Assembly: GCF_902652985.1 (NCBI RefSeq)
Contig: NC_047025.1
Span: forward strand, 36,890,001-36,954,000
Direction: 5' to 3'
DNA from: Pecten maximus
Taxonomy: Eukaryota
DNA: 64,000 bases
Positions 22,655-35,510 of this stretch are shown one piece after another; within the stretch, counting starts at the first letter, position 1, and every line of letters begins with the position of its first letter. The translations under genes were made by a program, and so were the position numbers. The notes under the pieces were generated by a model that was not told the DNA's origin, made no database searches, and saw only the letters and a list, made by a program, of their open reading frames with translations.

Positions 22655-22690
22655 ATGGACCAAGAAAAGGGGATGTCAATTTTTAAAGAT
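22655..22690 (+). CDS. NECAB: NECAB exon 1 (MDQEKGMSIFKD)
   Basis: AAGATGG start; donor GAT|GTGCGT. Confidence 0.88.
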
Positions 22691-25600
22691 GTGCGTGCAT
22701 ATTTTAGTTAACAATGTTTAAACCAAATGACACTTGAACACAATATGCAATGTTTTAGCAAAGTAAATTAGCCTGATTGCGATTTGGAGGTTACTGATGT
22801 TTACGTTTGGACAACAGGCTAAGCAATGCTATTATTAGATAATAATTGAATATTGCATTGTTTTTCTTATATTTCTATTGACAAATAAGTATAATTCAGG
22901 CCTTTAATTATAGTGATACATCAGACAGTATATTACATATCAGACGATGCAAAACCTTGTTAAAATAATCAGCTGGAGGAGGACAAACACTAAATTCGAC
23001 CCCTACCCCCCCCCCCCCCCCCCCCCTCCACATTCTCCATCTCATCGTCCCCATTAGGAGTTATTTGTTTATGTTATATGTCTTTTATATATTTTATATA
23101 GGTACAATGACAGGTATAGTCTTGTCTATAAATGTATACGTTTACAGTCATTTATACATTTAGCAGGTATAGGCCTACCAAGGATATACATGTATGTACA
23201 TACATGTATAATGTGTGTCTTCAGGTATACTGAAGCAACAGTTAACTTGAAATTGGCTATGTATATATAGGCAGGTTTGACTATAGTTGTAACCAAATAT
23301 TGGTGATGTGAAAGTGGATTCTGAAAAAAATGCACCATTTAAATTCCACAAATATAAAGTCGCTTGATCATGAGATTAAGGAAATGAACCGAAATATTAA
23401 TTAAGCTGTGATTGGTCATCCATTTTTCAGTTTGATTTAGCTATTCATGTTCACTCTATATATACATGAATAAATAAGCCTGTGAATGTAAATTGTGAAG
23501 CTCTAACATACACTTAACCATACAGTACAACATTGCAGTGGTTGGTAACAAACTTACATTAATGGTTTTTCACATATCTCAATACCTTTTCAAAGATTGG
23601 CTTTTTTTAAAAAGGGACACATCATATTCAGTTGAGTTATTAAACCAAGCTTGATTATAGATTGAGTGTGTTGACAGACATTGCTAGTACCTATAATTCA
23701 ATCATTGCTGATGTACATGTCAACATTTAAGGATCTAGATCCAGTATCAGAAAATAGTTTATGATCAAATATCTTAAATCAATATGTAGCAGATAATTTT
23801 TGTGAATTTTGTTTTAATGTGATAAAAATAAAGTATTCCTTTTTTATTTCAGGTATTTAGGAGAGCCGATAAAAATGGTAAATATCACATTTTTTTTCTG
23901 GACGTGTATTATAGCTTAAAATAGTATTTCATTTTTTGGAATACCTCATCTCTGTTTGAACGACCTCATCAGGATTGATAACATAAAACCATTTGATATG
24001 AAAATTTAGACATGTTATTGACATTAGTCAGATAAGGTTGTACTGTAATTGTCTTCATGAAATCTAATTACAACGATTAATTTCAATTTTGACATTAATC
24101 ATAATTATTAAGGCTTCAATTAATTTGACTACATTCAAAACAACTTGTTTTTCATTGGCCCATCACTATATTGACTAGAACATGCATCATTTTGGTAGAA
24201 ACAATGTGAGGCCAGTAAAAGTTACAGGAATGTAGTAACAAGGGTTTGTATAGGAATGTAGTAACAAGGGTTTGTATAGGGATGTAGTAACAAGGGTTTG
24301 TAGAGGAATGTAGTAACAAGGGTTTGTATAGGAATGTAGTAACAAGGGTTTGTAGAGGAATGTAGTAACAAGGGTTTGTAGAGGAATGTAGTAACAAATG
24401 GTTTTGTAGAGGAATGTAGTAACAAGGGTTTGTATAGGAATGTAGTAACAAGGGTTTGTATATGAATGTAGTAACAAGGGTTTGTATAGGAATGTAGTAA
24501 CAAGGGTTTGTATAGGAATGTAGTAACAAGGGTTTGTAGAGGAATGTAGTAACAAGGGTTTGTAGAGGAATGTAGTAACAAGGGTTTGTAGAGGAATGTA
24601 GTAACAAGGGTTTGTAGAGGAATGTAGTAACAAGGGTTTGTAGAGGAATGTAGGAACAAGGGTTTGTAGAGGAATGTAGTAACAAGGGTTTGTATAGGAA
24701 TGTAGTAACAAGGGTTTGTATAGGAATGTAGTAACAGGTTTGTAGAGGAATGTAGTAACAAGAGTTTGTAGAGGAATGTAGTAACAAGGGTTTGTAGAGG
24801 AATGTAGTAACAAGGGTTTGTAGAGGAATGTAGTAACAAGGGTTCGTATAGGAATGTAGTAACAAGGGTTTGTAGAGGAATTTAGTAACAAGGGTTTGTA
24901 GAGGAATGTAGTAACAAGGGTTTGTATATGAATGTAGTAACAAGGGTTTGTATATGAATGTAGTAACAAGGGTTTGTATATGAATGTAGTAACAAGGGTT
25001 TGTATAGGAATGTAGTAACAAGGGTTTGTATAGGAATGTAGTAACAAGGGTTTGTAGAGGAATGTAGTAACAAGGGTTTGTAGAGGAATGTAGTAACAAG
25101 GGTTTGTAGAGGAATGTAGGAACAAGGGTTTGTAGAGGAATGTAGTAACAAGGGTTTGTATAGGAATGTAGTAACAAGGGTTTGTATAGGAATGTAGTAA
25201 CAGGTTTGTAGAGGAATGTAGTAACAAGAGTTTGTAGAGGAATGTAGTAACAAGGGTTTGTAGAGGAATGTAGTAACAAGGGTTTGTAGAGGAATGTAGT
25301 AACAAGGGTTCGTATAGGAATGTAGTAACAAGGGTTTGTAGAGGAATTTAGTAACAAGGGTTTGTAGAGGAATGTAGTAACAAGGGTTTGTAGAGGAATG
25401 TAGTAACAAGGGTTTGTAGAGGAATGTAGTAACAAGGGTTTGTAGAGGAATGTAGTAACAAGGGTTTGTAGAGGAATGTAGTAACAAGGGTTTGTAGAGG
25501 AATGTAGTAACAAATGGTTTTATAGGGGAATGTAGTAACAAGGGTTTGTAGAGGAATGTAGCAACAAGGGTTTGTAGAGGAATGTAGTAACAAGGGTTTG

Positions 25601-28600
25601 TAGAGGAATGTAGTAACAAGGGTTTGTAGAGGAATGCAGTAACAAGGGTTTGTATAGGAATGTAGTAACCAGGGTTTGGAGAGGAATGTAGTAACAAGGG
25701 TTTGTAGAGGAATGTAGTAACAAGGGTTTGTAGAGGAATGTAGTAATAAGGGTTTGTAGAGGAATGTAGTAACAAGGGTTTGTAGAGGAATGTAGTAACA
25801 AGGGTTTGTAGAGGAATGTAGTAACAAGGGTTTGTATAGGAATGTAGGAACAAGGGTTTGTAGAGGAATGTAGTAACAAGGGTTTGTAGAGGAATGTAGT
25901 AACAAGGGTTTGTAGAGGAATGTAGTAACAAGAGTTTGTAGAGGAATGTAGTAACAAGGGTTTGTATAGGAATGTAGTAACAAGGGTTTGTAGAGGAATG
26001 CAGTGACAAGGGTTTGTAGAGGAATGTAGTGACAAGGGTTTGTAGAGGAATGTAGTAACAAGGGTTTGTAGAGGAATGTTGTAACAAGGGTTTGTAGAGG
26101 AATGTAGTGACAAGGGTTTGTAGAGGAATGTAGTAACAAGGGTTTGTAGAGGAATGTAGTAACAAGGGTTTGTAGAGGAATGTAGTAACAAGGGTTTGTA
26201 TAGGAATGTAGTAACAAGGATTTGTACAGGAATGTAGTAATAAGGATTTGTACAGGAATGTAGTAACAAGGGTTTGTAGAGGAATGTAGTAACAAGGGTT
26301 TGTAGAGGAATGTAGTAATAAGGGTTTGTAGAAGTTAACATTGTTACTTGTGCTAGTATACTGTACTTGGAAATATTGTAGATTTTGTATTTTAGTTTGA
26401 ATTTACTTACGTTTATAATGACTCTTATTTAGGGGGATAGCTATAGGTAGTTTTCCTCTCCATCAAATTTAAAGTTTGTCAGCACTGTGGATCTAGGAGC
26501 TTCATTTCTTGAGGGGTTACATGTTATATCTGAAAAAAGTTCTGCTTTCTTGTTTGTGTCAAGGTCACTAACTAGTGAACATGAATTACTTGTTTTTTTC
26601 TGATGATCATATAAGATATTGATTGATACCTTATTGAAGGTTTTATATCCTTCTTTTGTATTTAGATACATTTTTTGAAATCTGTATTGTTAAAAAATGT
26701 TTGTCAGATGACGGAGCCATATCTTGGGAGGAATTTGTCGGATTTTTCTCCGATGGTATCATGGGTAAAGAGGAATTGGAATCTCTCTTCAAGGAAATCG
26801 ACACACATAACACCAAGTAAGCTGAGTTTAAACTTTAAACACATTGCTATGGTTGATCATGATATGTGCCTTCAGTTATTTTTAGGACTAGTCAGTCATG
26901 GACTCGTGCTTTTCCTGTGCACAACAGATGCATATAGATATTGAGTACCATATGAAAAAAGTTTTGGTCTCAAAATTAAATGAAATAATCCTACAAAAAT
27001 TACTGGGATTTGGTTTTATCAAGTTGTAGCATTACAACTAGATTTTCTGGAAAATAAAAACATAATGGGACAATATAATAAATCAATTCTTTCTATTATA
27101 TGATGTTTTTAACAGCTCCCAATTTTTTATTAGAAATGAATAATAAAATAAATAGAAGTGTATCATTGTCGTATTGCCCTCTACACTTGAAGCAACCTGG
27201 CATCTCCGACGACATCCACATATAGTGGTATATAAAGTTTCCCCATCATGTCCTGTTCAATTTTCTATGATATTAGTTAATGCTAGATGAATTAATGTTG
27301 TATGTTTTTTCATCCATATCCAATAATTTTGAAGTGTGTAATATTTGATGGATATCTATGTGTTCTATACCTGTTTTCAGTAATATTGACATAGGTGAGC
27401 TTCATGACTACTTCTGTACACATCTGGGTCAGTTTAAGGAACTTTATAGCCTGGTGGAGGATTTCAACACCAAACTATCCAATGTTTTAGTGTCTACATC
27501 ACAGGTAAACTCACCGAAATCTGATGTCTTGATCATTATTAGTACTATAACAACAAACTAACCAATATCTTGCATCTTCATTTTGGTAAACATGCTGGAT
27601 ACCCCGTAATGACAGAAGTCCATCACACTCCTCATCAAACTAATAATATTGCCTTTATTTTGTTGATACTAGTACCCAGTTACAATATTTATAAGTATTT
27701 ATTATTGCATTTTTACCAGTGAAATAAAGAAATTTATCCTTTCAATATGGCACCCCCAAGTTGACATGGAGTAACACCACAAAGAGGTGACATCATGAAT
27801 TAAGTTACTGATTCCCGCACTTTTTGACACTATCATTCTTTTGATTTTTTAAAAACAATTTTTAGCATATGAATGCAATAAATAGAAAATTGAATGGCTT
27901 CCCTTTGAATATAACATATATATCACTCGTATAACAGAACATTTCGATATTTTTCACTTGGGCTTCGCACTCGTGAAAATATTGATATTCTGTCATACGA
28001 GTGAAATATACTGTATATTATATTCAATGGTAAACCATTCAATATCCTCTATTTATTTGCATTTCTTTCTTTAAAATCTTAAATGAAATCTTTACTGTCT
28101 GTAGTACTTTCAGCCAATATATTATTTTGCAGTGTTTACTAGATTTAAGTATACATAGTGCCTTAAACATCCATTTTACTTGATGAAAGGTTGATTACTT
28201 TATTGTTTTTGAAGACCTACCCAAGTGCTGGAAGGATGGATAAATTCATCACACGATTTCTTGTCCGGGAAATGTGGAACCAAATTACAGCCATACAAAT
28301 CCCGTTGGAATCTGCCTCAGAATCTCTGGATGAACAGGCTAAACAGGAAAGGTAGTGGCAACTTTTCTTGATAACCATCAAATTTCATGTTTCTTGGTCA
28401 TCTGGTGTCAACTTTTCTGGGAAAAATATGTTTGAAACAGTTATAGGAAGTTTCTATTGACATGCCTCACACTGACATGTCCTGTCAATCTTTACTTGAT
28501 TGATACTTTTACTGGAAAGTCCAGTTGCAGTTAAGGTGCTAGGGCCATCAAGGTTTTCTGTGGAACCCTAAAATCAGATTTGAGTTTAAGGATTGAAGGA

Positions 28601-31600
28601 GCCTGTCAATATGACATATATATGTTTTGACCCTCAGTTTTCTGAGAAGTGTTATTTGACTCCCTAAATTGCTAAAAGTCAAGGGTCAAATGGAAACCTG
28701 GATCATAATAATGTTGACATGATTAAGATGTTTATCTATAAGTATCTGTCAGAGATAGTCCAAATGGGACCCCTCATTCCTCCTTTCTTGATTAAACAAG
28801 ATTTGTCACCAGCCATGATGGAGATGATGTTGATAAGCTAACATTGGCATTAGTGGAAGTTTCTTCTAATGAATGACATAGGATATAACAAACGTTGTTT
28901 ACACTTTATGTTATGCTAGATGAGATACTGCATGATATATGCTGTTACAGATCTAGATATGATAGTGATGTTCTGGGATATTATTAATCTTATGTTGAGT
29001 AAAGGATATTATTATTTTATAATGCAACATGACATTATTGATCTCATGCTATGTTACAGAGAGGACATTCAGCCAATACATTTATCAGACCTGAAAAAGA
29101 AGGATGGCAATGAAGTTGTTCCTGGTCGTGTTGGCCGTAGAGCCAAGCGCCAAGCAAGCAATCAGTCCCAGAGTAGTGTAAATATGGAGGGTAGGTGTAG
29201 AGAACTTGTCACTGTACTCTCAAGCTATCAGAGTTGCTGTTCACTCTTAAGGCCTTGCATTAGAGATGTGGATCCATTGTAGTAATTACAGTGTAGATGC
29301 ATCCTTTCGACTGCCAGTTGTAGGAGAGGCTTAAATAGGTTTTTCTTAGCCTGTAGCCATATTGTTTTCTGGAGATTGTTTCAGAATCCAGAAGTTCAAA
29401 GTTCCCAAGATTTCACATGAATACCAGAGTTATTTTCTAAATAAAGACCAGAATAATATTCTTTCAAAACTTATGACCAATTGTCATTTTTGATAATTAG
29501 TAGATATTCATTGTGATTGATGGCATATTTCAATAAAATGAAAAATAATGTTTTCCACATCTATCACTTTTGATTGGCATTTATGGTTACAAATTATGCT
29601 TGAAAAACATTACTATCTGGAACCCCTAATCCAGACATGTATTTAAACTAATTGTTGGAAAAAACAGCCTTTGAACTTGAACTTAACATACATTTTTATC
29701 ATTTTAATTTTAAGTAATATTGGTAAGCAAAATCTGCAGGGAAGCTATAAAAGATGATATCTACATTGATAAATGTGCTATGATACAGTAACATAGCTAA
29801 TGTAATACTGTGATTGTTGCAGCACCAACAACCTCTGTGAACCCCCTGGCCTTGACCTCTCAGGTGGACAGACTGACCCAGTTACTCAACAGACTGGAGC
29901 ACAGTGTAAGTACAATGCATGTAACAGTAAAGAAGATCGTCTTATATATTAAAATACGTGCCATCTATATTAGTAGAATAGTTTATATTAGGCCACTTCA
30001 AATTGTTTCTTATAAGAGATTTAAATTTGCAGGTGTATTTCTGAAATCCAATTTGAATTGTCAATCATTGGAGAGGGAAGAAACTGTAGACTGAACATGC
30101 CTGTGTTAGTTTTGTATTGTTTTTATTTACAGGTAGATTTGGGAAACTTTGTTGATGAGGATCTCAATGCTGTGGAGGGCGACAAGGTTGGTATGAAAAC
30201 AATACAATATTTGAAACATTTAAATACAGACTTTGTTAGTCTGCACAGTTTTTCTTTTATGTGTAAAAAGTATTTTTATTGTTAAATCAATATTTTGTAT
30301 TGTTTTTCAAATTGGCTGGTATATTTATAGACTAATTCGTTTTCCTGCTAACTATAAACTGTTCTCTCTCCTGATAAATGTAAGGCATATAGTTTGGTCT
30401 ATAACTTAATTGGTTGAAATGTTATCAATATTATGGGGATGTTCTTATGTTAGAATGTGAAGTCTTTGCAATGGAAATATGAATAGTACAGACCTAGCGG
30501 GAAAGTTTATACCCAGGCGTAGGCGTTTACCTGATTAAATAGGTAAATTATCAACTTTAGCATAAGTTTAAAGATTGTATGTCATTTTAAATACCTAGCA
30601 TGTTCTCTCCTGCCTTGAGTTATAATGCATTGATGTACAGTACAGTAGAGTGATGCTATATGGACTGTAGCTGTTTGAATGACGGTGATTTAACAAATAT
30701 TAAACCCAAACAAGTAGTTCTAGGTCTGTTGTAAACTGGAAAAGTGTAGGTAATTACTGATTCCTTGTCTGATACAGGTCCCTTGGACCTTTTTGCATGA
30801 TTAATAATTTGGAATTGATATACATGATTGTAGATATAAACTGAAGTAATTTATGATAAAAAAGTTGAATTTCCAGTGTAGATAAGTTCAGGTTGGTAAT
30901 GATAGTACCTTGTAGTACATGGAAGGCCACTTTATATTATACACTTAAAACAAAAAGAAACTGGTGATTGTGTTGTAGCTGCTGCTGTTACAGCGAGATA
31001 TGAAGGTTAGAGAGGATTCAAAGGATGTGTTTAGAACCAGTCTACGCGACTACATAGAGGACACACAGAAATTACTGCCATGTTTGAGGTAAATCACTTG
31101 TTAATGATAAGGTAGTCTGTCCATTTTGTCTTTTGAATAAGACTTTTAAGCTACACTATAAGATAATAGATTGAACACGCAAAATTTATGTATGTAGAAT
31201 CTGAATGGATGGAATGATCTAGTGTGTGGGGGGGCATATAGATGGGAGGTAACTCTTTCCGACTTGATGATTATTTGCCTTGATGTACATACATGTTTTG
31301 TGCTAGTAGCCTTAAATACTTCTTAAGTGGAAAAAAAAATTCATCGCATGATAATTCTACCCACACAACAAAGTTAGGGGGGAGGGGGGTATATCTAGAA
31401 TCGGGTTGTCTGTCTGTCTGTCTGTCTGTAGACACATCTTGTCCAGACAACTTCTAAACCAATGGACTGATTCCAATGAAACTGCACACAAATATAAAGG
31501 ACCATGTTTAGATGTGCATGCAGCTGTTTCCAAAAAAATTCCAAATTTTGGTTGTCATGGTTACTGGTCACTATCAGGAGGTTTTTATTCTCGGGACAAC

Positions 31601-33651
31601 TCCTAAACTTAAAAACTGATTTTCACAAAACATCACCGGATAATGTTAGGGAACATGTGTAGATGTGCTTGCGGCTGTTTAAATTCCAAAATTTTTGTTG
31701 CAATGGTGACTTGTCACTATTAACAAGTTTTTCTTGTTAGCTCACCGGTTACGAGTAACCGAGAGCTAATGCTGTCACCCCGGCGTCCGCGTCCGCGTCC
31801 CACCCAAAAACTTTAAAGTTTTTGGGGTAAGTTTTTGGAAAGCTTGTAAGCCCAAAAGTATACACCTCTTGCCCTTCTTATTTGGTTTATACATTCATTA
31901 GAGGTCTAGGAGTGATGTTATGGCAAAATCATGCAGAAAAAAATTGTGATTTTTTCGCATTTTACCATTTTGTGGACTTAACTTTTTTGGCACCATACCT
32001 AACTTTTTTGGCACCATAACTCACTTTAAAGTTTTGGGGCTGAGTCCAAAGGTATACACCTATCACCCTTCTAATTTGGTTTATACATTCATTAGAGATC
32101 CAGGACCCGTTTCCCGTAGGATTGAATAAAGCTACTAAAAATAATTGTGGACAGAGGAAAGAGACCATGTTAGTGTCTGTTTTACAACTATGATAGTTAA
32201 CTCTGAATGGATAAAAAGAGACCATGTTTGTGACTGTTTGTAGTATCAGTGTACAGTACTGTACAGACTCTGGAGTGTTCTCAGTGTATGATAATTAACT
32301 CTGTACAGATAAAAGAGACCATGTTTGTGACTGTTTGTAGTATCAGTGTACAGTACTGTACAGACTCTGGAGTGTTCTCAGTGTATGATAATTAACTCTG
32401 TACAGATAAAAGAGACCATGTTTGTGACTGTTTGTAGTATCAGTGTACAGTACTGTACAGACTCGGGAGTATTCTCAGTGTATAATAATTAATTGTGGAC
32501 AGATAAAAAGAGACCATGTTTGTGACTGTTTGTAGTATCAGTGTACAGTACTGTACAGACTCGGGAGTATTCTCAGTGTATGATAATTAATTGTGGACAG
32601 ATAAAAAGAGACCATGTTTGTGACTGTTTGTAGTATCAGTGTACAGTACTGTACAGACTCTGGAGTATTCTCAGTGTATGAAGTGTGGCAGTCTACTGAA
32701 GATCACGACTGGTAAGTTAACTCTACAACTGGCTGCATACAAATTAGCTACATTTCATATTTATATACTTTATATTCTTGAAGTTATTGATGTTTGGAAA
32801 ATCTATTAAATAAACAAGTTTAGATATTAATTTTGTTATAAAACTGCATATGCTTTAAAACCGTTTTAATATCTAAAATATTACACATTAAATGTAGATA
32901 TTTCAAATTTTCTCCACACTTTTTTTTATTTATGCTGTTGAATGAATTATTAAATCATTGATTGGTCGTCAACTATTTATGAAATTGTGATGAATGATAA
33001 TTCATTTCAAACTGTTTCCTAACACCTGATCTTGCTTCTTTGGATTGCAAATAAATATTGTGTAGCAAAATCAGATTTCGGATACCATTATTTACTTGGT
33101 TATGTCCCTTTGTTTACTGTGTTTCGCACTGTCGGAACCAAATTTTGTGTATTATTTCACCTAGAATACTTAAATGGCCAGTACTAACTGAGTTAGACCC
33201 TGGTTCTTTTCAGAACTAGGGTGCCTATCGTACAATCCTCTATCTTGTTGAATGTTAAAGTTCCTTGATTTTCTGTTTCAGTTTTAATGAAAATCCAGAC
33301 AATTCCTTCAGTGACCGTTTCAAGGATTTTTTGGATATTGAGGAGCCTATACAGAAAGTAAACTTTCCTAGTAAGTGAAACAATAGTTTGGATAAAACTT
33401 TCTGGTCATCTGTCCTAACGGTAAATAAATTGATATGATGGTGTCTGCTGTTAATCACTCTCTGTATTGTCAATGTTTCTTTTGAATGCTTCTGTGTTGA
33501 TTTTCACTTGTTATTATTGGAATAACTTTACTGGGGCTAATATTAGAAGGCCCTGTATCGCGATACAGATTCCTGTCAGTAATAAGCAAGATTATGATGC
33601 ATGAAATGTTCAAATGATCAATTTTCAGGTAGATGGTGGAAAAGGGACTAA
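22655..33651 (+). CDS. NECAB: N-terminal EF-hand calcium-binding protein (NECAB-like), 12 coding exons, 999 nt = 332 aa plus stop
   Basis: All introns are GT-AG and phases join; [25 protein letters not shown]...IDTHNTNNID EF-hands, KFITRFLVRE, an ABM-like C-terminal domain (YEVW) and terminal PSRWW parallel vertebrate NECAB1. Confidence 0.95.
23853..23877 (+). CDS. NECAB: NECAB exon 2, 25-nt micro-exon (VFRRADKN)
   Basis: Acceptor TTTCAG; donor G|GTAAAT. Confidence 0.92.
24226..26332. repeat. 26-bp minisatellite (GGAATGTAGTAACAAGGGTTTGTAGA), ~80 copies, in NECAB intron 2
   Basis: Direct reading; contains a 466-bp higher-order duplication. Confidence 0.98.
26708..26816 (+). CDS. NECAB: NECAB exon 3 ([10 protein letters not shown]...IDTHNT)
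   Basis: CAG| ... AA|GTAAGC; EF-hand loops. Confidence 0.95.
27381..27504 (+). CDS. NECAB: NECAB exon 4 (NIDIGELHDYF...VSTSQ)
   Basis: TTTTCAG| ... CAG|GTAAAC. Confidence 0.95.
27877..28057. mobile_element. Fold-back MITE (~180-bp imperfect palindrome)
   Basis: Arms AATAAATAG..TGAATGG..TCACTCGTAT / ATACGAGTGA..CCATTCA..CTATTTATT. Confidence 0.8.
28215..28351 (+). CDS. NECAB: NECAB exon 5 (TYPSAGRMDKFITRFLVRE...KQE)
   Basis: AAG| acceptor; donor AG|GTAGTG; NECAB homology region. Confidence 0.92.
29060..29190 (+). CDS. NECAB: NECAB exon 6 (EDIQPIHLSD...NME)
   Basis: TACAG| ... G|GTAGGT; phases 2 to 1. Confidence 0.9.
29823..29905 (+). CDS. NECAB: NECAB exon 7 (PTTSVNPLALTSQVDRLTQLLNRLEHS)
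   Basis: GCAG| ... AGT|GTAAGT; coiled-coil QVDRL motif. Confidence 0.9.
30133..30186 (+). CDS. NECAB: NECAB exon 8 (VDLGNFVDEDLNAVEGDK)
   Basis: TTTACAG| ... AAG|GTTGGT. Confidence 0.85.
30979..31088 (+). CDS. NECAB: NECAB exon 9 (LLLLQRDMKV...LPCL)
   Basis: TTGTAG| ... AG|GTAAAT; start of the ABM-like domain. Confidence 0.9.
31354..31730 (+). mobile_element. Truncated Helentron-associated non-autonomous element (HINE/pearl/DINE-1-like)
   Basis: 5' palindrome, (GTCT)n microsatellite, two ~150-bp core repeats. Confidence 0.7.
31737..32110 (+). mobile_element. Second truncated HINE/pearl-like element
   Basis: TTAGCTCACCGGTTAC...GTAACCGAGAGCTAA palindrome, (GCGTCC)n, internal direct repeats. 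Confidence 0.68.
32141..32680 (+). repeat. 97-98-bp tandem array made of the NECAB intron 9 3' end plus the first 47 nt of exon 10 (five acceptor copies)
   Basis: TGTTTGTAG|TATCAGTGTACAG with exon starts at 32244, 32341, 32438, 32536 and 32634. Confidence 0.95.
32634..32711 (+). CDS. NECAB: NECAB exon 10 (SISVQYCTDSGVFSVYEVWQSTEDHD), using the last array copy
   Basis: Only the last copy continues to YEVW and the donor TG|GTAAGT. Confidence 0.92.
33282..33370 (+). CDS. NECAB: NECAB exon 11 (FNENPDNSFSDRFKDFLDIEEPIQKVNFP)
   Basis: TTTCAG| ... A|GTAAGT. Confidence 0.9.
33629..33651 (+). CDS. NECAB: NECAB exon 12, coding part (SRWWKRD*)
   Basis: TTTTCAG| acceptor; conserved terminal WW; TAA. 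Confidence 0.88.
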
Positions 33652-35289
33652 GTGGCATGATAAAGGTTTCTGTCACAGAAAAGTATGAAGATACAGTGAA
33701 AACATAGAAGTGAAGTTAGAGGATCTCCAACCAAAATAGCCAACAATGAGACTGAAAGATGGTTCCACCAAGTCAGATACTTACAAGTTACATCAATACA
33801 ACGGTTTTTACTTCATTAATTTAGATGTATTTCAAGTTAAATCCTTTGAATATGAGCATGTCAGTGTACCTACAAAAATTTGTATTTCAAATACACACAT
33901 GTTTTATATTTCTTCAATCGTCTTTGAAGTTCCGTCATGAAATAATTATAACATTATATAGATTGACATTAGGCCATGCTCCCTAACTAAATATTGTTGG
34001 TATTACATACTAAAAACACTTGCGGAACTGAAAGATCTGTCTGTATCAAGGTTTTACTGGTTCAGTATTTAGAACAAAACCATAATTGTATGACAGGGAT
34101 TAGTTCTGTTCATCAAGATGTTTGTATTTGATAGATATTTGCAATACAATTTTATGCAAGGTTAATATATTATAGTCCATATTATAGTCCTGTAATTGAT
34201 ATATGTTTCGTTTTGTCAATAAGGTTATTGAAACCTGATATCTAATACAATTACTATGAATTGTTGGCTGTATTGTCAGTGAGTTAGAGTGTAAGTGTGT
34301 TTTAATTTTCTTCAATAAATGTTCATAGTCTGAAGGAATTATATCAGATTAATCAAATTTCAATAATAAATGTGATTTCCCTCAGTGTAACTGTTTACAT
34401 ATTAGGGTCAAGTGTTTAAATTTAGATCACCATCATTTACTTCATAATGACTTCTCAGACCAAACAGCAAATTTAATTTCAAAATCTTTTATCCCTAATA
34501 GCAGCACTAGGTTGAAGTAACACTTCCAATTAACATCCAAAAATAAGGCCAGTATATTTGTCATCGTGTACCTAAAGACAGAGTGTAGGTATCCAATATA
34601 ATTTAAGAAATATGAAGAATGGTTTATGTTTCCAGTAATTAGTTTGCAAGAGCAGACTTTCTAACAGTTCAGAATTTAGCTGTGTAAAATTATGCCCTGA
34701 CCAAATCTTTGACTACGTATCCACACATAAGTGTAGTGTTCGCTTTCTCATCTTTGTCATTATGGAGAAACTTATATTCTCCTAGTCTTTATACCCACCC
34801 ACCGCATGTAAGAATGGTTAATCCAGGTATTATAGCCCAGTTCCATTCATCATGTCTGCAGCCACAATATATGTTAAAGATATTTCCAGGCCATTTGTGG
34901 AGGTTAAAATAAAGTGGAGAACAGGGCATTCATGTTGCACCATAAAACTATTAGTATTGTAAAATATTTAGATGGACTTTGATGGTCTGTATTCATTTTC
35001 CAACATTTTCAAGATGCATTAAACCAAATTAATATTTCAAAGTTGTCTGCCAGTTCTTAGCATTTTTCACATTGGTAATGTGTTTAACATTTACAAAGTT
35101 TTGTCATGTTTTTTTTTTCTATATTGTTTGTATTGATATCTGTTACAGTATATTCTGTTCCTCAGGTTTTATGAAACATATTTATTTTGTTGACACCCAC
35201 CTGTGTGATGATATACCAACTCTTGTACTCTCACTGTTTCTTGTTAAAACATTGTTTTTGTTAATTGTTCTCTTGTTTATGACTTAGGT

Positions 35290-35510
35290 AATTAACTACC
35301 TATAGTGACTAATTATTAAACTACCCGTAGTGACTAATTAATAAATTACCTGTAGTGACTTAGTAATAAACTACCTGTAGTGACTAATTAATAAATTGCC
35401 TGTAGTGACTTAGTAATAAATTACCTGTAGTGACTTAGTAATAAACTACCTGTGGTGACTAATTAATAAATTACCTGTAGTGACTTAGTAATAAACAACC
35501 TTAGTGACTA
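35290..35510. repeat. 25-bp minisatellite (ATAAATTACCTGTAGTGACTTAGTA), ~9 copies
   Basis: Direct reading. Confidence 0.9.

Noticed and set aside
24152-26341. Several long minus-strand ORFs (LLLHSSTNPCYYIP…)
   Set aside because: Translations of the 26-bp minisatellite inside NECAB intron 2
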